The notes beneath the pieces were generated by a model that searched no databases, was not told where the DNA came from, and saw only the letters and a list, made by a program, of their open reading frames with translations. From Puccinia triticina (lineage: Eukaryota): a DNA stretch of 64,000 nt. Made by a program: the position numbers and the translations under genes. This document shows positions 14,700 through 27,445 of the stretch, in pieces (the first letter of the stretch is position 1; every line of letters begins with the position of its first letter). The DNA is taken from assembly GCA_026914245.1 (NCBI GenBank), contig CP110440.1, forward strand, positions 124,001 through 188,000. The letters are read 5' to 3'.

Positions 14700-15127
14700 T
14701 AGCAATGGGGTAAACACCAAACATGAGATATAGGGGGGGCGGGCAGCCTTAATAGGAACAATCTGGCTAGTTATTGAATATCTTTTTTGATAAATTTCCC
14801 AGAAGTCTAAGGACTGCAGGGTTTGTAGAATGATGCATATTCTCTGCGCTCTGAAACTTTTGGCAATATTGGTACCTCAGAACATCAGATATAAGGGGTG
14901 CGCAGTAAGGCAATATGACTACCACACACCCCTTATATTTCATGTTCTGAGGTACCAATATTGCCAAAAGTTTCAGAGCGCAGAGAATATGTATCATTAT
15001 GTAACCCCTTAAGTCCTTAGACTTCTGGGAAATTTATCAAAAAAAAATTCAATAATTAGGCAGATTGTTCCTATTAAGGCTGCCCGCCCCCCCCTATATC
15101 TCATGTTTGGTGTTTACCCCATTGCTA
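14700..15127. mobile_element. Palindromic MITE C
   Basis: TAGCAATGGGGTAAACACC ... GGTGTTTACCCCATTGCTA, ~200-bp inverted arms, flanked by TAAATTTA. Confidence 0.9.
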
Positions 15128-16659
15128 TAAATTTAATCGCGCACAGAATATACACCATAGAAACATTATTGAAATTTTTAGACTCTTTAAATGTGTAACA
15201 AAAACATTATACATGTAGCAGTCATTTTTCTACTAAGCACACCATGTACCCGCCACGTACCTATTTTTTTCTCTCAAAAATTTCAAAGGAAGCTTCTAAT
15301 GCATGTTTAAATGTTCCCTCAATTTTTTGGAACCCTGGTACATGTAACAAAAAAGATATTCCCTTAGTACACACTGGGGAAAAGGGGGCATGCAAAAAAT
15401 TAATTAAATCATTTAAAGTTGCTTTTTTGGAATTTTGAATGTGTCATAATTCTTTTGAGGATTTTAGATGAATTTTAAGCCTATTTGCGTCGCGTAGAAA
15501 TGAATAGAAAAAAACCGGGTATGTACGCGGAAAAGGGGGTACGCAAAAACCAGGTACAAACGTGGAAATACCCGGGTACGTTTAGTAACCCCCTAAATTT
15601 ATGGTGTTCAATGTTGAACTGGTTACTGCATAAATTCATAAATGCTTCAATTACACTTTCATAAACTCAATTTACAGGCAATTGAAAATTTGAAATTGAA
15701 GTTTGCCTGCAAATTGAGTCTATGAAAGCACAATTTCCCTTTGGAGCATAAGACTTGTCTCACTCTTCCTATATTGTTTGCCACTACACATGTTCCTCAA
15801 AGTCCAATTATCCTTCTCCCATGAACCTTCAAAGTTATGGATTTTCAGGGTTCCTTGAGCTGTATGACCTGTGTGTATTGAACTGAGCACAGAAAACAGT
15901 ATGGTTGTTCAATTATTATTCAATTACACAGGAACCAGGCTCTCCAAGCTCTGGTTAAGATGCCTTGGCCACTCCAGCTCCTGCATCCAACAGGGCCAAC
16001 ATGAAGCCAAGATGGTCAGCTATCTTGACCCTTCAGGGCTTCAGCAGAGGTTTGCTAGTTTTTGCTGTGTGAAGGGTGAAAGGAAAAAAAGGGCATAAGA
16101 AGCCCCAAGAGCCCCAACCTCTCAGGCAAGAAGTATGGCATAAGTCATAAGTCTCTTCTACGGGGAGTCCCTCCAGGACGCGGGTGGTTAGACGGAGCTA
16201 GAATTTTGCTGGCAAAAGCATGCAGAATGCACCAGCAATCAGGAGAAGGCACCATCACAGGGAAATGCAGGGAGCGCGGATTGGGGGGCTGGGAGCCGGA
16301 TGACGGGGCGGACCAGATAGTTGGAAGTTGTCAATCCCCCTAAGTTGATGCGGCTCACGTCGTAGCAAGCTACGAGTCGTATTTTTGAGGCCATTGCCTA
16401 CAACACGGAACATACCCTTGTGTGTTTTTGATTAATTCTGTGCTTTTTGGTGTTTTTAAGAAGCAGTGAGGTTGTACACCATGAGCCCACTTTTCCCTCT
16501 CGCATTAATTGTAATACCGCTCGATGTACATACTATAGCAGGCCATGGTAGACACGTTGAGAACCAAAGACAGTAAACGTTGGCGGATAAGCCAATCTTC
16601 CTGCTTGGATGTGCAAAGGACAAAGAAAGCAAGATATAAAGAAGGAGGAGGAGTGAATG

Positions 16660-18020
16660 TTAATGACGACTGTAGGGTTTGAATCGGTTATCCTTGGAGG
16701 AGTGTGTCTTGTTGATCAGGCCCGAGTCAGGCGTGGGATGCGGGGGATGAGCAGCCCGTTGGTTTTGAGTCTGGATGGCCGGGGTGGCGGAAGGATTGAA
16801 GCGATTGACGAGTCGGAAGCTCTGCTGGTTGGCTGTGTCGTTGGACCATATACAGACCATCCCGTCTTCTCCTCCGGTCAGAACCAGACCGTTCTGTGTG
16901 TTGGGTAGGTAAGTGATTTTTGTTTTGGGAGTTGAGAAGACGCGGATGACTCAACCTGTGGGTGGAGTGTGGCGCATCGGACCATTTCCGAGTGGCCTCC
17001 GTTGAATGATCCCAACAGCTTCCATCGGTCGGCCTCTGGATCAGTGGTCTCTACCAATGCGACGTCGCCCCTGTGGGAACGAGAGAGAGAGAGCATGAGG
17101 ATCCGGTTGGTGGGTTTTCAAAGTAAGTTTTGATGGATGCTGACGATTGTGAGCCTGCAAAGTAAGCGGATCGTGTGGGGGATGGGTTTGCCAGGCTGAT
17201 CAGGTAGGAGACCGGTTGGAGCCAGCTCGGGTCCGGTTTGGCCAGACTGTCTTGCCTCAGATCGCCATAATCCTTGAGGAGTGACAACTGCAGGGGAGGT
17301 TAGATAAGAGAGTGTATGTGTGCAGTGTAGATATGATCCACACACCTCCTCGGCATCCCACCGGCTCAGGGTTTCCATGTCCGAGCCGGCCCAGATCGTC
17401 TTGGGGTCGGCAGGCAGCCACTGGGCGTGGGCTAGGCTGGCGCCGGTGTTTGAGGTGAGCAGGATGGACTGGTCCTGGTCGGCGAGCGAGGTGTCGTGGA
17501 TGGCGAGCAGGCCGTCGGTTGAGGCGGAGAGCAGGTGGTGGGTGTTCCCGGCCGGGCTGAATTCGAGGGCGGTGACCGAGTCGGAGTGGGCCTGGTCGTA
17601 GACGCAGCACGGCAGGGAGGGCCCGCGCAGGTCGAAGAGCTCGATCTGGCTCGCCGTCGACTCGTCCTCCTTCGCGCTCCCGGCGGCGATCATGAGATGG
17701 GAGTCGGAGTCGGAGTGGGCGAGGGCGAGGAAGGGTGTTGGGGAGTGGCCGGCGAGCCGGATGGTCGGCTGGCTGCCGGGGCGGTGGTCGGGCGTGCGCA
17801 GGTCCCAGCCGAGGACGGTGCTGGGGGAGGCGAAGCAGGCGAGCAGGAGGGCGGGGCTGCTCCTCAGCTGGGTGGGCCGGCCGAGGGCGTGGGGATGGGC
17901 GATCGCCCCGATGGCTGACTGGCGGGCGAGGTCGAAGATCCGGATGGGATCGCGCGGATCGGAACTGGCGGACGCACAGCACTGGCCGGGCAGCGGGGCG
18001 AGCTGGAGGACGTAAGCCAT
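16660..18020 (-). CDS. WD40-repeat protein, WDR89/YNL035C-like, ~388 aa
   Basis: Exons 18020-17346, 17287-17145, 17070-16956, 16893-16660 join in frame. WD motifs AHSDSVTALEF..LLSASTDGL and GHSEMVRC..LTGGEDGMVCIW; C-terminal RFKPY (PY-NLS-like). Confidence 0.85.
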
Positions 18021-18062
18021 CTGAGAGTGCGGAGTTCCGGGGAAATTAAGTAAACCAAGACC
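18021..18062. promoter_or_regulatory. Very short divergent intergenic region (putative bidirectional promoter)
   Basis: Only 42 bp between the predicted ATGs of the WD40 gene (-) and PUS1 (+). Confidence 0.5.
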
Positions 18063-19920
18063 ATGCAGATGGGCTCATCCGACGACTCCCCCGCAAAACG
18101 GAAGCGAGCAGACGAGGACCCGCCGAGCAGCAGCAGACTGCCCAAGCGGCGGGTGGCCGTGCTCGTCGGATACTACGGGCGAGGATACCAGGGATCGCAG
18201 ATCAACCCCCACACGACCACCATCGAGGGCACCCTCTTCCGCGCATTCGTCCACGCAGGCTGCATCACCCAGGACAACGCAAGCCACCCCACCAAGGTCA
18301 GCAGCAGCACAAACACAAACACAAACACCACAACACCACCACAAAAGCTGACACATCTCTCCAGGTAGGACTCCAGAGAGCCGCCCGCACCGACGCCAAC
18401 GTCTCGGCCTGCTGCAACCTCATCTCGCTCAAGCTGATCCTCAATCCACCCGGAATCGAGCAACAACCGGGCGAACTCGATCCACTCCACAAAGCACTCA
18501 TCGAACAGCACTCACAGACCTCGCACTATCCACTCATCAGGCACATCAACCGATTCCTGCCCGCCGAGCTCAGGGTCTGGGAGATCCTCAGGGTCCAGAA
18601 CTCATTCAACCCGCGCTCGCTCTGCGACTCGAGGGTCTACGAATACTCACTCCCCACCTGGCTGTTCCTGCCCCCGAAGCCCGGCTCACCCCTCCACCAG
18701 CGATTCAGCCAGAACCACGCCCAGGGGATCGGCCAAGAAGACCCCGAAGCGGCCTGGTGGGATGTCCACTCGGACCTGCTCGAGAAGGACTTCAAAGCGA
18801 TCCAGGCAGAGAGGCGGGGATCCTACCGAATATCCCACACCATGATCGCCCGCATCCAAGCCGTCCTCGACCAGTACAAAGGCACCCACAACTTCCACAA
18901 CCTCACCGTCGCCAAAGCGTTCACCGAGCGCAATGCAGTCAGAATCATGAAACACTTCTCCGTCTCCGAGCCATTCCTAGTCGCCGCTTCGGACCCGAAC
19001 GACCATCCCACCGAATGGATCTCGATCACTTTCCACGGTCAGAGCTTCATGCTCCACCAGATCGTTCGTTCCTGCTCGCTTTCATCGGCGCTTCTTCAGT
19101 TTTGAACTGACCTAATCACATCATACCTTGCTTGCAGCGGAAGATGATCGGCCTGCTCGTCCTGGTATGTAGGACTCGGACCCCAGTGACGATCATCAAC
19201 AAGCTCTACGGCCCGAAGAAGGTCAGCATCCCCAAGGCGCCCGGGATCGGACTGATCCTGCGCAAGCTGCACTTCGACGGCTACAACAAAAAGATACACC
19301 ACATCAATCAGCAAACCCTGAACCGACAGCAGAAGAGGCGGAAAGGACCAGCACAAAAGGGAGGAAACAGCCAGGAGGACGACCAGCTGATGGTCTGGGA
19401 CTCGATCGACTGCAGTCGGTTCGACGCCCTCTTCGAGCGATTCAAGCGTGAAACTCTGTTCCATCGCATCTTTCTCAACCAACCCTCTCAGCCATCCAAC
19501 GAGCCGCAGAACTCGAAGCCTGCCCAGCCGATCTCCGCGGATGACGAGAAAGTGGGGCCTGTAGAGGTGGTGGATCCAAAGAAGGTAGAAGAAGAATTAG
19601 CAGGCTCAAAAGATCCCAATCCAGCACCGACTCGGGGGCCCGCCAAGCGGCCCAAACACGGTCAAGCGCCCGATGACGAGGATGACGAGGATGACGAGGC
19701 GCATGCAGACGAGGAGACCGACTTCCTTCCTGCCGAGAACCAGGAGGGCGAGGATCCATTCGGGGTGTGGATGAATTACATGGACGTCTATACCGGAGCC
19801 GACCTTGAGTTTCGTCGCCCTGCTCCTCTCTCTCCCGAGATGCTGGCATCATACTGACTTCCCGTCTTTGTAAATCTGGGTAGCTTCTTGGATCCGAAAT
19901 GGGGCTTACCTGATCAATAG
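18063..19920 (+). CDS. PUS1: tRNA pseudouridine synthase, TruA family (Pus1-type), ~546 aa
   Basis: Exons 18063-18296, 18365-19063, 19138-19808, 19884-19920 join in frame. Motifs [24 protein letters not shown] (catalytic Asp), [29 protein letters not shown]. Confidence 0.92.
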
Positions 19921-21060
19921 CTGGGAGGAAATAAACCTACGATGTGGATATGTAACACGTGCTGTGGAAGATACATCCAGACCAATGCTTTGAACGATGG
20001 GGGAGTAGTATGTTTCAGTTCAAATTGATAGTGATTGCTCCGATACCCAGACCCGAAGTTTCTAATTGGGCGGTGTCACATCACATCATTTGCTTTTCCA
20101 ACTGGTCGTGTCTGTGGGGACCCAACAAGCCGATCAGAGGACTTTCTGTCAAATCTGCAGCCTCGCAGATGTCAATGTGTGTAGAGCTAAAAGGCCTAGG
20201 TGGGAAGGCAGTCCGAGAAGTTCCAGAACAGCTTCGGAAGGGTCTGGACTTCGTGACCAGGAGTCCTCTAGTGGAGGACTTCCCTTCGCAATCTGGGAGC
20301 AATCTGGGAGCCTCCCAGAGTCTCAAAGCCTAGATTTACCTGCAAAATTTGGCTCAGATCCAGGTCTGGAAGGGGGTCCCAGACTCCAGTGTTTGTTTTG
20401 ATTACTGGTTATACCTAATTTTTGTACAGCTCCTGGTCAAGTAGAACTCATGTTTGCAATTTTGCCATGAGGAGACAAAAACCCACAGTTTCTGTGAATA
20501 CCTTTAACCATTAGCACTCCCTGGAGCTTTGTTCAATCAAGCTTAGTGTGTTGTTGGGGAACAGCTCTTTCAAAGTCGGGGTCAAAAGGCTATCATGTTT
20601 CCAACCACCTCTCCATATGCCTTCTGGCTCTCATCAGCAAGCACCAACCCCACCAAGTGCATGGTCAGGAGGTTATATAAGACAAAAGATTGGAAGAAAT
20701 GAAGGACAGCAAAATTTGGATTCCAAGGCTCAAGCATAAGATCAAAATGAATCACAGAAAAGTTGGCCTTCAAGAATGCAGGTAAAAATGTGAAGTCATG
20801 GTTTGTAATGAGTGGAAATGATGATATTTTTTTGATCATGGCAGTCAGGTATTTTGTAAATAGATGCAGAGAGATGTATTTATGGGGTGCATAGACAGAA
20901 GCCTAGATTCATGGAGAGTGTGATGAACTGCTGTTCAAGGGGATCAATTCACCATTCCAGGTTTAGATGAGTCCAGAAGCTGAAGTACTGGGAAGGATTG
21001 AGAACTTGCTAGGACTTGGCCAGAGTTACTGGTACTCTTTAAGGATTCTGAAGAGCCAGC

Positions 21061-22133
21061 TCATGCATTGGCCCGGGGACTTAATTGGGTGAAAAGTATA
21101 GATTCAGCTATATTCACAACAGAAAGAAAGAAGAAAAAGTAATCAATTCAATCAGTGAGTTATTCAAGGATTGGGTTTGAATAATGGGGACTTACACCTT
21201 CCAAATATCTCATAGTGTCCATTTTCCACAATTAATCCTCCTTGGACAAGGGAACCCACATTATCCCAAGAAAGCCCATAGTGAATCTGAGTGGGAGCTT
21301 TTCTCTCAAAAGCATCCCTAGTAACAACACTATAACCATACTGATAGTACCTTGAAAAGGCAGAAAGTAAAACACCCCCTGTACCACTTTGGTTGCGCTT
21401 TCCATAAGTAATGCCGTTCACATCAATTGTTTCCACATATTCATGTTTATTCTCATCCTTCATCATATATTTAAAAAGAATGCGTGGATTGTTTTTGATG
21501 TATTCTAATAGATCTTCTTTGATGAGCTGATGCTTCTCTTGATCTTGGTATCTGATGTGTGCAAGTGCACGAAAGATATTCTTTTCATCTGCCTTGACAA
21601 AGTCCTTGGTTATAGAAAGCACAAATTCAGTTCCAGCTCGCGCCGGAAATGGAGGCCTGTATTTTGCTGGTATTGCTGCTCGTTTGATGGGCAAACCCAT
21701 GTTTTCACCTTTTTTGATAAGATCTTTGGCTTCAGAAGGATTTTGCCTAAATAGTCTAGATTTGGCTGAATTTGTGTGAAAACAACTAGATCAGTGATTT
21801 ATTCAAGGATGGGTTTTGAATAGTTAAAGGATACCAACATTCCCCAAATATCTCATAGTGTCCTCCATCTACAACTAATCCACCTTTATTCAAGTCCAGT
21901 GGTTCAAATTCAATAAGGCCATAGTGAGACCTCTTTTCTGAATCCTGAAGCGCATATCCATGTCCTCCATTTTTGGGAGCTTTCCTTGGTGCAACACTAA
22001 AGCCAATTTGATGATACCATGAAAAGGCATCAAATACCACCCCCTTTGTCCCACTGTGACTGATCTTCCCATACTTGGTACCATCCACCTGGATTGTATC
22101 AAGATATTTTCTCTTATTCTGGGGTGTTATCTT
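21061..22133 (-). pseudogene. 5'-truncated tandem pseudo-OTU paralog (copy B)
   Basis: Exons ~22133-21839 (C-terminal half of domain 1), 21765-21196 (domain 2: DEKNIFRALAH...GGLIVENGHYEIFGR), 21107-21061. Signal-peptide exon and N-half of domain 1 are absent, with unrelated/TE sequence upstream. Confidence 0.75.
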
Positions 22134-22800
22134 AATTTGCTGGCGGTGGCTAGAAACATGAGAACTGGGCTGTGTGAGCTACTGTGGCTTCAACGAGAGA
22201 AACTACATAAATACTCATTATGTTCCGTAGGCAAATCGGATGGATCTGACGCCGAATACATAAATACAACACTTAATGCTTGTAAAAGTCACAGCATCTC
22301 CATCGAAATTGGTCGGACAAATCCCTGGCGGGGGCGGTGCCGTAATCCTGATTGCCAGGTTGTGTTTGTAGCAGGTGAAAGTAAATAAAGGGAGTTGAAA
22401 AATCGACTCCCATAAATTAATTTATCGACTCCCAAAACGTGTTTACGTCGCGGGGACCGTCTCACAACGTCCACCCCGGGTCCGCTGGACCAAATTTTGA
22501 CCCGCGCAGTTGTTGGGAGTTGGAAAATTAATTCTGCTAGCCAGAATGGGAGTTGGAATTTTTATTTCACAAAGCATGCCAAAAAATAAAGAAAAATTTA
22601 TCCCTCCTCACTGGGGCGCCCAAAGCCCCCCAAAATTTTACAGCAGTCAGAAAGTGCTCTTGAGAGCACATGGTGAGCTGCACAGTAGTATCACAGCCCA
22701 TGAAATGGGTGTGCTACTGTGGGTCTAATTTTGGGGATTTCCTACTAAGGAAATCCGCCAAAGCATTAGCTATGGTGCCCCAAAGCCCCCCAAAGTTTTA

Positions 22801-24955
22801 GGGTCTGCCTTTTTGCACACCAAAAAATTACCCCGCGCACACCAAAAAAGGTGTGCACTCCAAGGTTTTTTGGAGTGCACAGGTGTGCACTCCAGCATTT
22901 CTTGGAGTGAAAATAGTTCACTCCAAAAAGATGTGGTTTTAGGAGTGAACTATTTTCACTCCAGGAAATGCTGGGTGTGCAGAAGCGCACTCCAAAAAAC
23001 CTTGGAGTGCACCCTGTTGCACTCCTGCCTTGACGGCCGCCGCAGACCGGCCATCAAGGGTAGACCGGTCATTGGGAGGAAACATCCCTCTTGATGGCCG
23101 GTGCTGATTATCGAGATCCTCCCAATGACCAGCACCAGTCATTGAGAGGGATGAGTCCTCCCAATGACCAGCACCGGTCATCGAGAGGACTCACCCCTCT
23201 CGATGACGGATACAGATCGGTCCTGATTGGTCATCAGGAGGAAACAAGTTTAACCCTCTCAATGACCAGTCTATACCGGTCATCGAGGAGATGAGTCCTC
23301 CCCATGACCAGCACCAGTCATCGAGAGGACTCATCCCTCTTGATGACCGGTACAGATTGGTCATCGAGAGGGTTGCTTCCTCTCAATGACCGGTCTGTCC
23401 CGGTCATCGGGAGGAAGCAACCCTCTTGATGACCGGTCTGTCCCGGTCATTGGGAGGAAGCAACCCTCTCGATGACCGGTCTGTCCCGGTCATTGGGAGG
23501 AAGCAACCCTCTCAATGACCGGTCTGTCCCGGTCATTGGGAGGAAGCAACCCTCTTGATGACAGGTCTGTCCCGGTCATCGGGAGGAAGCAACCCTCTCA
23601 ATGACCGGTCTGTCCCGGTAATCAGGAGGAAGTAAACCTCTTGATGACCGGTCTGTCCTGGTCATCAGGAGGAAGCAACCCTCTTGATGAACGGTCTGTC
23701 CCGGTAATCAGGAGGAAGCAACCTGTGAAACTCCATAAAATATTATGTGTCCTATGAGAGTTGAACCCATGTCTCTTATATCCATGTCAAGTACTGTACT
23801 AATGACGCTTGGATATGAACAGCTGCAGGTGGGTGAATGAACATCCACTGGTGTCACATGAAGATCCCTAATTGAGGGTAAGACCTGTACATGACAGGTC
23901 ATGAATGAGTGACACCAGCAGGTATGATAAAGCTAAGAGTAGCAGAACCACAACCTGACACAACCCTCTCAATGACCGGTCTGTCCCGGTCATCGGGAGG
24001 AAGCAACCCTCTCAATGACCGGGACAGACCAGTCATTGAGAGGGATGAGTGGGATGAGTCCTCCCAATGACCAGCACCGGTCATCAAGAGGGTTGTTTCC
24101 TCTCAATTACCAGGCCATACCGGCCATCAAGAGGGATGAGTCCTCCCAATGACCAGCGCCATGCATTGGGAGGACTCATTCCTCTCAATGACCGGTATAG
24201 ACCGGCCATCAGGAGGAAAAAGCTCTCTCAATGACCGGTCTGCCCCAGTCATTGAGAGGGATGAGTCCTTCCAATGACCACCACCGGTCATCAAGAGGGA
24301 TGAGTCCTCTCAATGACCACCACCAGTCATTGAGAGGGATGAGTCCTCCCGATGACCACCACTGGTCATTGAGAGGGTTGTTTCCTCCCAATGATTGGGA
24401 GTGATGAGTCCTCCCGATGATTCGCAGGGATGAGTACTCCCGATGATTGGGAGGGATGAGTCCTCCCAATGATCGGGAGGGATGAGTCCTCCCGATGATC
24501 GGGAAAGATGAGTCATCCCAATGATTGGGAGGAATGAGTTCTCCCGATGATCGGGAGGGATGAGTCCTCCCAATGATTGGGAGGGATGAGTCCTCCCAAT
24601 GATTGGGAGGGATGAGTCCTCCCGATGATTGGGAGGGATGAGTCCTCCCAATGACCAGCACCGGTCATAGAGAGGGCTGTTTCCTCCTAATGACCGGTCT
24701 ATACCGGTCATCAAGAGGGCTATTTCCTCCCAATGACCGGTCTATACCGGTCATCCAGAGGAATGAGTCCTCCCAATGACCAGCATCAACCGGTCATTGA
24801 GAACTCCAGGGAAGCGTGGTCTTTGGAGTACCTGACCCGCACTCCATGGAAATTGGAGTGCACAGACATGCACACCAAGTAATGTGGTGTGCACAGACTT
24901 GCACACCTTTTTGGTGTGCGCGGGGTAATTTTTTGGTGTGCAAAAAGGCAGACCC
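22801..24955. mobile_element. Non-autonomous TIR transposon with 8-bp TSD, filled with GATGACCGG palindromic subrepeats
   Basis: TIR GGGTCTGCCTTTTTGCACACCAAAAAATTACCCCGCGCACACC at both ends; TSD AAGTTTTA at 22793-22800 and 24956-24963. Confidence 0.88.
23724..23960. mobile_element. Solo LTR (237 bp)
   Basis: TG...CA termini with 5-bp TSD CAACC, interrupting a subrepeat unit. Confidence 0.75.
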
Positions 24956-26149
24956 AAGTTTTACAGTGGGCAGAAATACCGCTGAAAGGCACCTTGTGAT
25001 CTTCTTGGCAGTAGCACACCCCAGGCAAGTCATGTGCAACTGGGGGTCTAACTTGTCAGATTTCCTACTAAGGATATCCGCCAGAACCAGCTACTGTGCT
25101 GCAAAGTGCACCAAATTTTGGATCATCAAGTTAAATAATCTGTACTAAAACATTTAGCTGCAAGGCAGTAGCCCGCCAACAGAAATAATTTTGAGTCAGC
25201 TGGGGCTTTTGGTCATATCTACTACTAATTGCCTCCGCCATAGTTATTAGTCCCTCTGCCATAGTTATTGGTCCGTCTGCCACAGTAATCTGTCCCTCTG
25301 CCACAGTTAGTAGTACCTCCGCCAAATTGAATAGTGCCTCTGACACAGTTATTAGTCCCTCTGCCACAGTTATCAGTCCCCCCACCACAGTTATTGGTCC
25401 CTCCACCAGATACTAGTCCCTTTGCCTATTAAATGTGGAAGAGGGACTGTTATCTGTGGCAGACACACTATTAACTGTGGTTGAGGGACTAATAACTGTG
25501 GTGGAGGGACTAATAATCATGGCGGAGGGACTAATAACTGTGGCGGGGGGACTAATAACTGTGGCGAAGGGACTAATAACTGTGTCAGAGGCACTATTCA
25601 ATTTGGCGGAGGTACTACTAACTGTGGCAGAGGGACAGATTACTGTGGCAGACGGACCAATAACTGTGGCAGAGGGACTAATAACTATGGCGGAGGCAAT
25701 TAGTAGTAGATATGACCAAAAGCCCCAGCTGACTCAAAATTATTTTTGTTGGTGGGCTACTGCCTTGCAGCTAAATGTTTTAGTACAGATTATTTAACTT
25801 GATGATCCAAAATTTGGTGCACTTTGCAGCACAGTAGCTGGTTCTGGCGGATATCCTTAGTAGGAAATCCGCCAAATTAGACCCCCAGTTGCACGTGACT
25901 TGCCTGGGGTTTGCTACTGCCAAGAAGCTCACAAGGTGCCTTTCAGCGGTATTTCTGCCCACTGTAAAACTTTGGGGGGCTTTGGGGCACCATAGCTAGT
26001 GCTTTGGCGGATTTCCTTAGTAGGAAATCCCCAAAATTAGAGATTGAGAGGAAGGTGGTCACAGTTGACTGGCGAGTAACAATTCTTTTTTGAGGAGGAT
26101 CCAACCAATCCTGGCTGTTTGGAACAAGAAAAAAAAAGTGTAAGGGTTC

Positions 26150-26710
26150 TGTGAACCCTCACTAATGGCGACGACGAAAGGGGCACGGAAGCGAGGCAGG
26201 AAGCCTTTGGAGTTCTAGTTCCAAACGTAGGGGCTATATTTCAAAGTCTAGTCGAGAGAGATTAGATCTCTGGCTAGATACAATCATCACACCTAACCCT
26301 AAACCCCCTGCAAGACTCGTACTTAGACTCGACCCCGCTCTTCCCTAGTCAAGCAGAGATCTAATCTCTCTCGACTAGGTGAGCCCCTTTTTCCTTTTCT
26401 CTTCTTTTGATGATTGTATCTAGCCAGAGAGATCTGAAGTGGGGATCTTCAGATGACAGGGGCTCAGCGGAATGGACGCGCGCTCAGATGAGAAAAACTA
26501 GCTATGTCTAGGATTTTGACTAAAAAAAGGAACTGGGGAAAAACCCCTACAACTGAAGAGAGGCCACTTTATATAGTGGCCTCAAGAATGAAACAACAAC
26601 ACGTGACTACCCTGAATACAGGGGTAAAAGCAAGTGTCTACAGCCGTACAGGACAAACCCCTGCGGCTGTAGCAGGAAGAAAGAAAGGAGGCGATTTAGC
26701 CTACTTCACA
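26150..26710. mobile_element. Probable solo LTR
   Basis: TGTGAA...TTCACA termini; internal direct repeat; TSD imperfect. Confidence 0.45.
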
Positions 26711-27445
26711 GTTGAACCTGTAGGATGCAGCTAGTGGGAAACTCCATTTGATGGGTTTTTACTGGCCATCAAAGTGATTGTGTCTCCTCAATGGCTGGTA
26801 CAACCCAGCCATCAAGAGGATTTCCCACTCCCCCACTCCCTTTGATGGAAGAGTTGCACCAGCCATCAAAGGGAGAGTGTACTCCTTTTGATGGCAGATA
26901 CAGCCTATCAATCAAAGGGAGTGTGAGATCCCCCCAATGGCTGGTATAGCTCAGAAATTGGATGCAGACTCCCTTCAATAGCTGGTTTTCACCGGACATT
27001 GAAGGGATTTAAGGAGGCGGTGGTGGGCTCAAAGGCCCCCCAGGGGATCTGGTTTTGTCTTACCCCTTCCCTGGAGCTGCCCTAATCAATTGATTAGGCC
27101 CTCCTTGATTTCCAAAGTGACCAATCCCTTTTTGTGTATTGCTGCAGCACGGGCTGAGGGGTCAATCCAAGGTGCTCTTTGGAGTGTTTGGGGATTAAAT
27201 TCAACAGCTAGGTGTGCTTTTTGCTAAAGAACACATGCAGAAACTTAGATCTGAGGTGCCAGGATTGTGTGATTTCAATAAACTTGGATAAATTGAAAAA
27301 AAAAAGATGTATCTATTGGAGCCCACAAGAAAATAACCCAGAACCTATAAGATGCAGGCAAAATGCAATTAAGTGGTACTTCAAGTTGATCAATATACAA
27401 TTCCAGCTCGAGCTGTGATGTGGAGTATGGAGATTTATTGATCAT

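Larger units (their letters stand above)
13482..15593. mobile_element. Foldback element (arms 13482-13938 and 15136-15593) with two further palindromic elements nested at its centre
   Basis: GGGGGTTACTAAACGTACCCGG ... CCGGGTACGTTTAGTAACCCCC; ~457-bp near-identical inverted arms; flanked by TAAATTTA on both sides. Confidence 0.9.
22390..26040. mobile_element. Large foldback element, interrupted by the 22801-24955 insertion; 21-bp tandem repeats near its centre
   Basis: 22726-22800 plus 24964-25410 is the inverted copy of 25440-26040; 21-bp unit CCACAGTTATTAGTCCCTCTG; left end homologous to 3900-4040. Confidence 0.7.

Noticed and set aside
17257..18511. Long overlapping alternative-frame and antisense ORFs
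   Set aside because: Shadows of the high-GC3 WD40 and PUS1 coding sequence
23030..24790. CRISPR-like appearance of ~37-bp palindromic repeats (also 1450-2495, 37150-38040)
   Set aside because: No unique spacers, no cas genes, eukaryotic context, and the 23030-24790 array lies inside a TIR element with a TSD
25131..25797. AEGLITV heptad-repeat ORFs
   Set aside because: Produced by a 21-bp tandem repeat on both arms of a foldback element
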